Source of the DNA: a virus
Lineage: Duplodnaviria; Caudoviricetes
Length of the DNA: 64,000 nt
Direction: 5' to 3' (one strand)
IMG/VR virus record: IMGVR_UViG_3300028048_000040
Location: 278,329-342,328 of that record
The notes below the pieces were generated by a model. The model worked only from the letters and a program-made list of their open reading frames with translations. It searched no databases and had not been told where the DNA came from. A program made the translations under genes and the position numbers. Shown piece after piece: positions 48,968 to 59,120 of the stretch (position 1 is its first letter; each line of letters starts with the position of its first letter).

Positions 48968-49870
48968 TTGGAACAAGAGAATCTAATTGGATGTATCCTA
49001 TGTGAAGAGACCTCTGCTAATGTTGAATTTAAAGTCAAAGGAGAAAATCGTAATGGTTTTCTTATTGCAGAAGGTATACTTCAGCAGGGTAATGAAGTAA
49101 ACAGAAATAGAAGATATTATCCTACAGAAGAATTGGTAGCTGCTATCAATTCTCCTAGATGTAAAGAATTGGTAGAATCTGGTAACCTTAAAGGTGAAGC
49201 TGGTCATCCAACTGATACTTCTCTTGCTAGACAGGCCAAAGTAGATCCTACTTTGGAACAGGTTTGGTATCAGAAACTTTGGATGGATGGAGATTATGTA
49301 ATGGGTCAATTTAGAGGCACTAATAATGAATTAGGCAGATCTTTTAATGAAGACCTTAGAGATGGACAAAGACCTTCATTCTCTCTTAGAGCTGTTGGTT
49401 CTTTGGTTAATGAGAATGGTAGAGCAACTGTAAAGAGAATGCAGATGATTACATATGATAGAGTTTATTTCCCATCTCATTCTAAAGCATATATGACTAA
49501 GCTTGTTACTACAGAAGCAGCAGTAGGTATGCCATCTCATGAACAGAGATATTATGATATTGATAAAGATGACTATTTCTTTGTAAAGAGTGATGAGATT
49601 AATAGATTAGCTGAACAAGGCAACTTTGTAGATTTGTCAGAGAGTGTAGTAACTCCTCTTAAACAAGAAGAAGTAAAGAACTATCTCTTATCTGAATCTG
49701 CTAATCTTAAACTTGCTTTAGATACCTTTGATCTATTATATGAATCTATGGAAGTAGCAAATGATCTAGGTACAATGAAAGTTAAGACTGCTTATGGTGA
49801 TACTCTATATCTAGATACAGAAACAGCTCTTAGAAAAGAAATGATACACGAAATCAATAACTATTTTTAA
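48968..49870 (+). CDS. Prohead core protease (T4 gp21-like)
   Basis: EGILQ..NRNRRYY, GEAGHP, SFSLRAVGS, ITYDRVYFPSH. Confidence 0.9.
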   Translation: MEQENLIGCILCEETSANVEFKVKGENRNGFLIAEGILQQGNEVNRNRRYYPTEELVAAINSPRCKELVESGNLKGEAGHPTDTSLARQAKVDPTLEQVWYQKLWMDGDYVMGQFRGTNNELGRSFNEDLRDGQRPSFSLRAVGSLVNENGRATVKRMQMITYDRVYFPSHSKAYMTKLVTTEAAVGMPSHEQRYYDIDKDDYFFVKSDEINRLAEQGNFVDLSESVVTPLKQEEVKNYLLSESANLKLALDTFDLLYESMEVANDLGTMKVKTAYGDTLYLDTETALRKEMIHEINNYF

Positions 49871-49887
49871 TCTAGGAGTTGATATAA

Positions 49888-50534
49888 GTGAAATGTATTA
49901 AGTTAGATTTTACGAAAAGTTTAAATCATAATTATGCTGATGATACAGACCTCACACTTGTGGGGGGGGGGGTAATTATCCAGTCTTAGTAGAAGATGAA
50001 GGAAGTACCTCTTTATATTTAGATCCTAGTTTACCATATCAAGGTTTAGAAGTTCCATATAGCGATAAGTATGATTTAAGTAACTATAATGATTTTTATA
50101 TAAAATTTAAATTTAAAGTAGCACCAGAAGCTATAAATTATCAATATACTACTGTATTTGGTTCTCATACTCGTAGTTACTCTTCATTAACAGCTCATTT
50201 GAATAATTCTTTTTATGGAATGGTTATGCAAGATCAATTTTCAGATGGTTTTGTATATTGGTCTGGTTGGCCAACAGATAATAAATATCATATTTATACT
50301 ATATACAGATTCAATAAAGAGATTTATTTTTATTTAGATAAGGAATTTATTGGTAAAGGATCTTCTGCTGGTAATTATTATCTAGGAACTAGTTTTGGTC
50401 TTTTCTGTATATATCCTAATGTAGGTGATCCTTGGCCGTTAAAAGGATGGGTTAAAGACTTCAGCTTCTATGTTAATGATATAGAAGGATTGATTAAAGG
50501 AAATTCTTTATTATATAACAATATTAAAACTTAA
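49888..50534 (+). pseudogene. LamG/concanavalin-like domain gene frameshifted at a G11 tract (phase-variable candidate)
   Basis: AGGAG plus GTG at 49888; stop at 49987-49989 as sequenced; G12 or G9 joins it to the frame open 49971-50534, giving about 215 aa. Confidence 0.75.
49962..49972 (+). repeat. Poly-G tract (G11)
   Basis: Eleven consecutive G in AT-rich DNA. Confidence 0.95.
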
Positions 50535-50582
50535 ATAGACAATACAACAATACCAATAGAGCATTAGCTCTATTGGTATTTA

Positions 50583-51380
50583 TTGTCTAAAAAACAATTA
50601 GATAAGATGAGAGATGAGGAGGTTACCATTATGGTAAGAGAAGGTAGAATTTATGTTATCGAAGGCCCAGATGGTTCTGGAAAATCCACTATGATTGGTC
50701 ATCTTGTTGATAGACTAAATAGTGTTGGTATTCCTTTTAAGAGTGTAGCTCTTCCTAATGAAAATTCTGAAATGTATAATCAAATAAGATTGTACTTAAG
50801 AAAAACCTATATAGATATAGATCAACTACAACAGTATATGCTTACTAATATGGATGACTGTTTTTCTAAGATAATCATTCCTACTATACAGATTGGAGAG
50901 AATGTTATCTTGGATAGATGGGCAGTATCTACTATTATCTATAATATGATTAATAATGGTAAGCTCATTACTGATGATTATCTTACATCTGATGGATGTA
51001 TTGATATGGAAAGAATAGTAAGAAAAAGCTCTTGTTTTGTTTGGCCCAATAAGATCTTTTATCTAAACACTCCTAAAAAAGTCTTAATAGATAATGCTAT
51101 TAAGAGATCTAAACTTTCAGCTGTAGAAATCTTTGATAAAGAAGAAAAGGTGGTAGCTTTATATAATGGATATCAAGATTTTTACAAAGCTATCACTAAT
51201 GAAAAACTTAAATTTAAAGGTTACCCTATATATGAATTTAAAACCTCTATAAATAAGGATAGACATATGTTGATAGATCCTAATCCTGTATATTATGCCA
51301 ATCCTTTTGATACTGGTCTATATATCTCTATGGAGGATAAGATATTTGATGAAATAGTAAAGGATGTTGGTGTAATATGA
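50583..51380 (+). CDS. tmk: Thymidylate/dNMP kinase (start probably 50631)
   Basis: VIEGPDGSGKST P-loop and VILDRW..STIIY motif. Confidence 0.88.
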   Translation: MSKKQLDKMRDEEVTIMVREGRIYVIEGPDGSGKSTMIGHLVDRLNSVGIPFKSVALPNENSEMYNQIRLYLRKTYIDIDQLQQYMLTNMDDCFSKIIIPTIQIGENVILDRWAVSTIIYNMINNGKLITDDYLTSDGCIDMERIVRKSSCFVWPNKIFYLNTPKKVLIDNAIKRSKLSAVEIFDKEEKVVALYNGYQDFYKAITNEKLKFKGYPIYEFKTSINKDRHMLIDPNPVYYANPFDTGLYISMEDKIFDEIVKDVGVI

Positions 51381-52168
51381 AGTTATCACTATCTTTAAGA
51401 ATACGCTCAAATTTAGAATTGCTAAAGATCTTTTTTAATCATATTAATAATAGATGGAAACTGACTAAAGATAAGATCGTATCTTTTAGCGTAGTTATAA
51501 TGGTGCTATTATCAGTTCCAATAATATCAAATTATCTATATTCTCCTAATACTAGAGAAGAAGCTTTGATGATAATAGTATTTTGTTTTATATTAGAACT
51601 GATAGTATTCTTACTAATGTATTGCAGTTTTAATAAAGCAAAAATAGAAGAAGTAGGAAAAGAGATAGGATATACCACTAAGACATTCAAGTTTATTCTA
51701 TCATCTTATAATAAGATTATAGATAGATATGGTTTATTTATACCAAAGTATAAGTACTTTTTTACACCTATAAGGAGAATAGAAGAGCTAGATCTTATAG
51801 TAGCAAATTTAGTATTGCTTAAAATATATGAGCTATATTTTAAGAATATAGATAAGTATGGTCCTAGTACAGTTAGATACATTCCTGCTACTGTAGTATC
51901 TGATCTTATCAACAATAAAGAATTCAGAGAGTTCTATTCTGTATTATTCTTTGATCCAAAACTTAAAGGAAAGAAGACTCATTATGATGCATTGGTAGTT
52001 AATGTATTAGATGCAGTAGTAACAGAATTGTATACTAAAGATTGGTTTACTGAATACTATGATCCAGATAAGATAGATGCTATTATAGCAAATATATTAG
52101 AGCAATGGTCTTATCTAGCTATTCAATATAATCTCAATATAGAAGATTACCTTATTTCAAAAAATTAA
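51377..52168 (+). CDS. Membrane protein (two N-terminal TM segments)
   Basis: Hydrophobic stretches IVSFSVVIMVLLSVPII and ALMIIVFCFILELIVFLLM. Confidence 0.65.
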   Translation: MKLSLSLRIRSNLELLKIFFNHINNRWKLTKDKIVSFSVVIMVLLSVPIISNYLYSPNTREEALMIIVFCFILELIVFLLMYCSFNKAKIEEVGKEIGYTTKTFKFILSSYNKIIDRYGLFIPKYKYFFTPIRRIEELDLIVANLVLLKIYELYFKNIDKYGPSTVRYIPATVVSDLINNKEFREFYSVLFFDPKLKGKKTHYDALVVNVLDAVVTELYTKDWFTEYYDPDKIDAIIANILEQWSYLAIQYNLNIEDYLISKN

Positions 52169-52169
52169 A

Positions 52170-52195
52170 AGTGAGTAGGAGAAATCCTACTCACT
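52170..52195. terminator. Bidirectional terminator between convergent genes
   Basis: GTGAGTAGGA-GAAA-TCCTACTCAC. Confidence 0.75.
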
Positions 52196-52199
52196 CATC

Positions 52200-52994
52200 T
52201 TATTTTAAAATAGTAACATGATATTCTGGTGGAGCCGATAAATATAAAGTCATCTCACACGTATCTCCATTAATAACACAACTTTTTCTATAATCATAGA
52301 TAGCTCTAGCTATAAATTGAGACATTCTGATTATAGCAGAATGAGAACATACTAGATTCTTATTTCTTATAATCTCAAATCTATCATATAAATTTTGACC
52401 AACGAATATAGATAGATTCATATTATTCACTAATGGATATTTATTAGCATATATATCCTCTTTCATTAATAATGATACACCATCTAATACTTTTTCTTTG
52501 ATAGAAGATATTTGAGGAAATACAAATATTTTTCCATTGTAAAACTTACTTTGTTCTAAATAAGACCCACACACCATTTCAGGTATTTCAAATGTGCCAT
52601 AACAGAGTTGGAGCAAATTCCAATTCTTTTTAATAAATTCTAAAGTGTTTAGATTGTTAGTATATTCCATATATCTAATATATTCTATATCATCTTGCTT
52701 ATTAGGTATAATCTTTTGATCACAATGAGATAACTCATGAGCTAGTATGAATAATAATCCACCTCTTATCTGATTATCTGTTAATCTAGCTTCATTAAAT
52801 TTCTCAAAAACATTATCTAATCTAATTTCTACATACATCATACATTGAGATCCTGCAATAGCAAAATTTTTTGGTGCATTAGGATTAGGTTCGGTAAGGA
52901 CTAATCTAATTGCAGGGACAACAGGATTTATTTCTCCATTGATTCCATTATAAACATTTTTTAAATAATCGGCACAATCAGCATAGGTTAGCAT
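52200..52994 (-). CDS. Putative zinc metallopeptidase (HExxH)
   Basis: FILAHELSH followed by a downstream Glu. Confidence 0.6.
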   Translation of the reverse strand: MLTYADCADYLKNVYNGINGEINPVVPAIRLVLTEPNPNAPKNFAIAGSQCMMYVEIRLDNVFEKFNEARLTDNQIRGGLLFILAHELSHCDQKIIPNKQDDIEYIRYMEYTNNLNTLEFIKKNWNLLQLCYGTFEIPEMVCGSYLEQSKFYNGKIFVFPQISSIKEKVLDGVSLLMKEDIYANKYPLVNNMNLSIFVGQNLYDRFEIIRNKNLVCSHSAIIRMSQFIARAIYDYRKSCVINGDTCEMTLYLSAPPEYHVTILK

Positions 52995-52995
52995 A

Positions 52996-53730
52996 CTATT
53001 TCTCCTTATTGATTGATTTTATTCCTTGATTGAATTTGTTTCTATATACTTTGACCTCTTCTGTAGACCTAGCAGCTCTTATAGTGTAAACTGCATCTAA
53101 AACGCATTTATAAATCTTTGGTTTATCTTCATCTTTAGTACTATCATAAGTCTTTTTAATATGACTTAATGCTAATAGTTTACTAGCAGAAAGAGTCTTA
53201 ACTATACTACTTATAGCAGAATTTAGTTCTTTCACTACTAAATCTTTATTTAGTTTAGCAGAATCTTTGATAAGATTAAAAGATAACTCATCTTCCAATA
53301 ATTTTGTTTTATTCTTTGTATTAGCTACTATTGTAGATAAAGTACTATCAATATCTCCTCTATAGAATAGCATAGCTTTATACAATCTTCTAGCTTCCTC
53401 TCCTTTTTCTGAATTTTCTGATAGATAGGCAAATATCTTAGGCTTTATTTCAAATTTTATTACTTTTACCTCAGAAGTTTTTTGAAATGAATGAGTCTTT
53501 ACACCTTTTTCTTTTATTAGTATTCTTCTTACGTTTGCAGAACTATAGATAAGATCTTTATTGGTTATCAAAGCAAGATATAACCCATAGACACTAGACA
53601 ACTCTAATCCTTCTTTGTCATATTGCATTGACTCCATGAACATATCAAATTGTTGTCTTTTTTCCAAATCAATTGCCATCTTAATCCCCTCCATAGTAAT
53701 AATATATCTTTGAATCGAAATTTGATACAC
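52996..53730 (-). CDS. Early hypothetical protein, winged-helix-like N-terminus (start probably 53679)
   Basis: Early-type promoter at 53692-53707; GGAGG SD; N-terminus resembles the repeats of 32439..34082. Confidence 0.55.
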   Translation of the reverse strand: MYQISIQRYIITMEGIKMAIDLEKRQQFDMFMESMQYDKEGLELSSVYGLYLALITNKDLIYSSANVRRILIKEKGVKTHSFQKTSEVKVIKFEIKPKIFAYLSENSEKGEEARRLYKAMLFYRGDIDSTLSTIVANTKNKTKLLEDELSFNLIKDSAKLNKDLVVKELNSAISSIVKTLSASKLLALSHIKKTYDSTKDEDKPKIYKCVLDAVYTIRAARSTEEVKVYRNKFNQGIKSINKEK

Positions 53731-53763
53731 AACAGTAACGGATTGTCAAAAGGAGTGTGAAAC

Positions 53764-56043
53764 ATGAATGATCCAAATGAAGTAAGACTAGTGGAGAACA
53801 CTCAAATAGTAAGATACTATCAGAAATCCACTACTAATACATCCTTTGTTGAGATGAGTAACTATCTCAAATCTGTTGGTATAAAGAACAATAGATTTAT
53901 GCTTACTCTATTAGATCCAGATCTAGCAAATATAGATCCCCATGATCCTAATTTACCATTAATATATAAACAGAAAGTTCTATGTGAGATATACAATAAC
54001 TTCTGGTATTATCTAAGAGAAGTTGTAAGAGTTCCTAGTGTTGGTGAACCATCTAAGTTTATTCTAAATAGAGGTAATATGGCCTTCCTCTATCTAGCTA
54101 CTATGAATTTTAACTGTTATCTTATGCAGCCTCGTCAGACTGGTAAGACTATTGCAGCAGTCGCATTCTATCTATATATCTATAACTTTAGAACTAAGAA
54201 TACTATTATTCCTCTACTAAACAAAGAGTTCAAAGATTCTAAGGAAAACTTATCTCGTATTAGAGCAATGAGAGATTTGTTACCACCATATTTGAGATTT
54301 GACTCTGTATTCTCTATTATCAATGGTAAGAAAAAGAAAGTAACCAATACTGCTATCTTGATGAAGCATGCAGTTAACTTAAATGAATTAAGAACTTATG
54401 CTAAAGCAAGAAATGATATGCATGCATCTAATCTGTTGCGTGGTCAAACATTCCCATTACTATGGGCAGACGAGTTTGCATTTATACCATTTATGAAAGT
54501 AATCTATGCAGGTATGATCCCTGCTATGTCTAAGGCTACAGAAATAGCCAAAAGAAATAATGTTCCATATGGTATTCTATATACAACAACACCTGGATTC
54601 TTAACTACAGAAGAAGGACAATATGCATATAAAGTTCTATGTAATGCTAGTAAGTTTAGTGAACAATGGTATGACTTACAGTATTATCAGATTAGAGATA
54701 TAGTCACTTCTAATAAGCTTTCATCTTTTATTCATATAGAATTTAATTATCAAGAATTAGGATATTCTGAGGAATGGTTCTATGAGAGATGTAAAGAAGC
54801 AGAATGGGATTGGCTTACCATTAGAAGAGAATATCTATTAGAGTGGTCTGATGAAGCAGAGAACTGTCCATTTACTAAAGAAGAACTAGATATAGTTAAG
54901 AAGTTCTGTAAGAAACCTAAAAAGACTATATTGATCTTTAATAGATATGAACTTAGAGTATTTGAAGAGATACCATTGAATACTAACTTAGTTCCTAAAT
55001 ATCCACCTATAATTGGTGTCGACGTATCTGGTGGTGTATCTAAAGATAGTTCTGCTATAACTATTATAGATTCTAAGACTACAAGAGTATTCGCAGAGTT
55101 GAATTGTAATGTTATATCTCCAATAGACTTAGCTAGAGTAATAGAATTTATAGTTCTAAATATGACACCTAATGCTATAGTAAATATCGAATCTAACTCT
55201 CTTGGTTTGTCCGTGATTGCCAAACTTAAAGAAACTAAAGTAAAGAGAAACCTTTATTACGAGATAAAAGAAAAGGTGTTAGAAGAATCTACTATAGATG
55301 GTAAGATATATAGATCTAAGAAGATAGTTAAGTGCTATGGGTTAAACAACAACAAAGATACTCGTGAAGAACTAATAGATCTTTTAAGACAGAGAATGAA
55401 TCTTCATAAAGATAAGTTTATCTCTGAAACTCTATATAGAGAACTTAGAGGATTAGAAGTAAAGAAGAATGGTAGAGTAGAACATTCAGACTTAGGTCAT
55501 GATGACCAGATATTCTCTTATCTAATGGCTATCTATGTATGGTATGATGGTAAGAACTTAAGAGAAAACTTTGGTATAGAAAAAGGATCTATTAAAACAG
55601 AAGAAGATGTAGATGATGTATTAGAGATGGCTACTGCTGCTAAGAATGATATAATTACTAAAGACTTAGCAAGAGTAACTAGATTAAATACAGAAGATAC
55701 AGCTAAACTTGAGCAACAAATAATGATGATGCAAAAAGCTCAAGGTATAATGTATAGTGACTTTGTAAAACAACAAAGAATGATGGAACAACAGAGATTG
55801 ATGGAAATGCTTAAGCATGATAATATCAAACAAGCATATGCTAATAAGTTTGGTGTAAATGCTGAGGATATATCTGTTGAAGATAACTATACTAATGGTG
55901 TATTACAGAATCTGCCTTCTTCTCTATTCCTAGACTTCAATAAGAATGAAGAAGAACTAGATCAAATGAGTATTTATAACAATCTAAATCCATATAATTA
56001 CAATGGTAATAATAGCGAATATGATGATAACAGTTTACAATGA
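53764..56043 (+). CDS. terL: Terminase large subunit
   Basis: PRQTGKT Walker A, LLWADEF Walker B, TTTPG, IGVDVSGG and HDD nuclease motifs; late-type promoter at 53726. Confidence 0.93.
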   Translation: MNDPNEVRLVENTQIVRYYQKSTTNTSFVEMSNYLKSVGIKNNRFMLTLLDPDLANIDPHDPNLPLIYKQKVLCEIYNNFWYYLREVVRVPSVGEPSKFILNRGNMAFLYLATMNFNCYLMQPRQTGKTIAAVAFYLYIYNFRTKNTIIPLLNKEFKDSKENLSRIRAMRDLLPPYLRFDSVFSIINGKKKKVTNTAILMKHAVNLNELRTYAKARNDMHASNLLRGQTFPLLWADEFAFIPFMKVIYAGMIPAMSKATEIAKRNNVPYGILYTTTPGFLTTEEGQYAYKVLCNASKFSEQWYDLQYYQIRDIVTSNKLSSFIHIEFNYQELGYSEEWFYERCKEAEWDWLTIRREYLLEWSDEAENCPFTKEELDIVKKFCKKPKKTILIFNRYELRVFEEIPLNTNLVPKYPPIIGVDVSGGVSKDSSAITIIDSKTTRVFAELNCNVISPIDLARVIEFIVLNMTPNAIVNIESNSLGLSVIAKLKETKVKRNLYYEIKEKVLEESTIDGKIYRSKKIVKCYGLNNNKDTREELIDLLRQRMNLHKDKFISETLYRELRGLEVKKNGRVEHSDLGHDDQIFSYLMAIYVWYDGKNLRENFGIEKGSIKTEEDVDDVLEMATAAKNDIITKDLARVTRLNTEDTAKLEQQIMMMQKAQGIMYSDFVKQQRMMEQQRLMEMLKHDNIKQAYANKFGVNAEDISVEDNYTNGVLQNLPSSLFLDFNKNEEELDQMSIYNNLNPYNYNGNNSEYDDNSLQ

Positions 56044-56050
56044 ATAAGTA

Positions 56051-56078
56051 TTCCTGTATGGACACATCCATACAGGAA
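56051..56078 (+). terminator. Terminator after the terminase gene
   Basis: TTCCTGTATGGA/TCCATACAGGAA stem. Confidence 0.75.
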
Positions 56079-56105
56079 ACTTTTATTTAGAGATATATTA
56101 TATAA

Positions 56106-56360
56106 ATGGAGGTGAATAAGTTGGAAGTAGATTATGATATGAGTAATATGCTAAATTTTACTTATCTAATGCTAGTTCCAGGTGAGGAGAAAGATAAACA
56201 AAGGTGTTTAAAGACAATGAAAAAATTCTCAAAATCTAATTTCTATTATTGTCAACCAGATGCACCTGAGAATATCTTAAAGTTTCAACCAATAGTGAAA
56301 GGAGAGAATTATAATCTAGAAATGTTGATTACTCTAAATAAAGAATATATGGCGTCATAA
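56106..56360 (+). CDS. Early hypothetical protein
   Basis: Early-type promoter at 56093; true start probably 56121 after GGAGGTG. Confidence 0.6.
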   Translation: MEVNKLEVDYDMSNMLNFTYLMLVPGEEKDKQRCLKTMKKFSKSNFYYCQPDAPENILKFQPIVKGENYNLEMLITLNKEYMAS

Positions 56361-56375
56361 AGAAGGTAAGTTAAG

Positions 56376-57146
56376 ATGAGACCAGATAAAACCAAATCAC
56401 AAATCCAAGCAATTAATCACACAGCAGCAATGGCTAAAAAATATTCTGATGAAATACAGAATTGTATATACTATTCTAAGGTGTATACAAAATATAACAA
56501 ATTTCAAGATAAACCAATTTCGGAAAATAAAGCACAACAAAAAGTTGTAAAAATGGACTCTGTTGAAGCAGGAAAGGTGATGAGTAAAGAGGGTAAGGTT
56601 TGTATATTAAACTTCGCATCATATAAACATTCAGGAGGTGGATTTATTACAGGATCAATTGCACAAGAAGAATGCTTGTGCCATGAATCAATATTGTATA
56701 ATGTATTATCGTCAAACAATCTAAAACCATTCTACGAATATAATCTGGATCATTTAAATGGTGGCTCTTATGAAGATAGAGCTATATACACTCCAGATGT
56801 ATTATTTGTAGATAATAATAATCTTCCTAAATTTAAGGCAGATGTATTAACATGTGCTTCTCCTAATTATGGATATTATATAGCTCAAAGAGTGTCAAAA
56901 GAGAAGAACTATAAAGCTCTTGAATCTAGGATAAATTTTGTTAAAAATATATTAGTAGATAATAATGTAGATATTGCTATATTAGGGGCTTATGGTTGTG
57001 GAGTGTTCCATCAAGATCCATTTGTTGTAGCTAAATTATTCTCTGAAGCTTTCTCTAAAAATACTGGTAGTATTAAGAAAGTATATTATGCTATTCCAGG
57101 TGGACATAACTATTTCGCATTTGAAAGAACTATAAGATGCTACTAA
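56376..57146 (+). CDS. TIGR02452-family macrodomain (bacterial-type PARG, ADP-ribose glycohydrolase)
   Basis: LNFAS..GGGF..GSIAQEECLC, IYTPDV, ILGAYGCGVF. Confidence 0.9.
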   Translation: MRPDKTKSQIQAINHTAAMAKKYSDEIQNCIYYSKVYTKYNKFQDKPISENKAQQKVVKMDSVEAGKVMSKEGKVCILNFASYKHSGGGFITGSIAQEECLCHESILYNVLSSNNLKPFYEYNLDHLNGGSYEDRAIYTPDVLFVDNNNLPKFKADVLTCASPNYGYYIAQRVSKEKNYKALESRINFVKNILVDNNVDIAILGAYGCGVFHQDPFVVAKLFSEAFSKNTGSIKKVYYAIPGGHNYFAFERTIRCY

Positions 57147-57227
57147 ATAATTAATTAAATCTTAACAAGAATGTAGGAAGGGTGTTTATTCCCTTCCTCC
57201 ATTCTTAATATTTTTTATAAGGAGAGA

Positions 57228-58025
57228 TTGTGTATGCTAGACTTTTTAATGAATGACAAAGAATATGAAATCCAGGCTAATGGTCAGGTTGCTACTATTT
57301 TATCACAGTTCAATTCAGATTATGTAATGGATGTAGTACGAAATACTTTATCAGAACAGTTTAATCATTTTGATACAGTTCCTAAACCAAATATCGCTGA
57401 ATCATTTGAAACTTACTTTAAAGAACTTCTAAGAACTTATCCTACAGATGAAACTAATATTCTGGAGACTCGTCATCAAACTTATATGGATATTAGAGAT
57501 ATCATTTGTAGACAGTTTGCTCTAGGATTCATAAATGAAGATGATGTAGATATGTATTCTATTACAACTCTTCTTTATGATTTCTTTGTAGCTAAGTTTA
57601 ATTTTTATATGGTAAATTTCTATTGCAGATATATTGCTACAGAGAAATCTGCTTTGTTTATGAATATGGGATTAGAAAAAGCTTCTAAAGAAGATAACTC
57701 TAGTATGAACTATGCTAGACATGCATTTGGAGATGATGAAGAACTAGCAGCAGTTATTGCTAATCTTCCTGTTGTATTAGGAGCTCTTAAGAGTATGGAT
57801 GTTCCTGATAGATTTGTGTATCAAACAGCTTACGGCAATAACCAATTATTAATAGATCTTCTTGATTCTCATATTCAACCATCTACTTCTATTTTTAATA
57901 TCTATAACTCTATTCTATTTAATCCAGCTCTATATCCAATCATTGTAACACAGATTAGACTAAAGATCCAAATGCAAAACACTAATATAGATCCTACCCA
58001 AATTAAAGGAGCCTTTGGAAAATGA
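57228..58025 (+). CDS. Putative late/structural protein
   Basis: 265 aa; late-type promoter at 57164. Confidence 0.6.
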   Translation: MCMLDFLMNDKEYEIQANGQVATILSQFNSDYVMDVVRNTLSEQFNHFDTVPKPNIAESFETYFKELLRTYPTDETNILETRHQTYMDIRDIICRQFALGFINEDDVDMYSITTLLYDFFVAKFNFYMVNFYCRYIATEKSALFMNMGLEKASKEDNSSMNYARHAFGDDEELAAVIANLPVVLGALKSMDVPDRFVYQTAYGNNQLLIDLLDSHIQPSTSIFNIYNSILFNPALYPIIVTQIRLKIQMQNTNIDPTQIKGAFGK

Positions 58026-58234
58026 TCACGGTTTATGTTTTTTGGTTTATAATATTCGTAGTAGTTGCTGTTATTATATTTAATATAATGCTTGAATCAT
58101 ATAGATTTAATAATGGTATTTGTCGTAAGTGTGGTAATAAACTCACACCAAGAACAGGTTTAGTTGATGGACAAATAATTTATGAATGTAAAAAATGCCA
58201 TAATACAGTTACGATTAGTGGTAGAAAGGTATAG
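58022..58234 (+). CDS. Small membrane-anchored Zn-ribbon protein
   Basis: N-terminal TM helix, CRKC and CKKC. Confidence 0.65.
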   Translation: MITVYVFWFIIFVVVAVIIFNIMLESYRFNNGICRKCGNKLTPRTGLVDGQIIYECKKCHNTVTISGRKV

Positions 58235-58243
58235 GTGATTAAA

Positions 58244-58345
58244 ATGTTAGAACCTATCTTGCTTTGCTTGGCATATTTTTTAATTCCATCTGATGTAGTA
58301 AAAGCACTTATCTTTTTATATTTAATATACAAACTATATGCATAA
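58244..58345 (+). CDS. 33-aa hydrophobic membrane peptide (not in the track)
   Basis: AGGTG SD; MLEPILLCLAYFLIPSDVVKALIFLYLIYKLYA fills the gap between genes. Confidence 0.55.
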   Translation: MLEPILLCLAYFLIPSDVVKALIFLYLIYKLYA

Positions 58346-58362
58346 TTAGGGGATGAACTAAG

Positions 58363-59082
58363 ATGAAAGAACTGGAACTAGATAAACCACAGCAGAATAT
58401 GTTTTATAAAGCTATCAATCCTGAATATGGGAAACTTTTTCAAGATGTATTCGATGCTGGATTAGATGATAGAGATAGATTAATGTTAGAAATATATGAG
58501 AAGTCTAAGGATGATGAATCCTTAGACGAGAAGAAAAAGAAAATTATAGCTGGATGTTATCTAGCTCATATCAATGCTGTATGTGATGGATGTTTCTGTG
58601 GTCCTCTTATGTTCTTCTATGATAAGAAACAACCTAATTTAAAGAAATTTTATGGTGAGAAGAGATTGGTAAGATGTGTAGATGATTTATATACAATAGT
58701 AAAAAGATCTGGATTTGATTGTAGACCAGAATTAATGCCAGATCTGACTAAAGCATTATTAGCATCTTATGGATATGGAGCTAAAGTACCATTTGTAGAA
58801 GATAAAGATGCCATCTTAATGATCCTCTTATCTAGATTTGCTAGAGCTATATCTCCAACAGACTATAAGAACATGTGGTTTGTGGTAGATATGATTAAGA
58901 ATATATCTCTTAATGCCTATGCTACTCCAGAGTATCTAGCGAATAATATGAAGATTCATGATCAGAGAATGAATCTTGTTAAATTTATTATTACAATCTA
59001 TAATACTTACTTCAAAGACAACCCTATTGTACCTGATATAGATATAGCAGAAACTCCTGAATCTGCCGAGAGAGAAATCTAA
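58363..59082 (+). CDS. Hypothetical protein
   Basis: 239-aa ORF. Confidence 0.65.
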   Translation: MKELELDKPQQNMFYKAINPEYGKLFQDVFDAGLDDRDRLMLEIYEKSKDDESLDEKKKKIIAGCYLAHINAVCDGCFCGPLMFFYDKKQPNLKKFYGEKRLVRCVDDLYTIVKRSGFDCRPELMPDLTKALLASYGYGAKVPFVEDKDAILMILLSRFARAISPTDYKNMWFVVDMIKNISLNAYATPEYLANNMKIHDQRMNLVKFIITIYNTYFKDNPIVPDIDIAETPESAEREI

Positions 59083-59120
59083 CACATCAAGGTAAAGATT
59101 TTTATAAGGAGGTTTAAAGA

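Noticed and set aside
26098-56043. Introns or inteins in RNAP beta-prime, primase or terminase
   Set aside because: Each is a single uninterrupted ORF with its motifs in order and no recognisable intein or homing-endonuclease insert.
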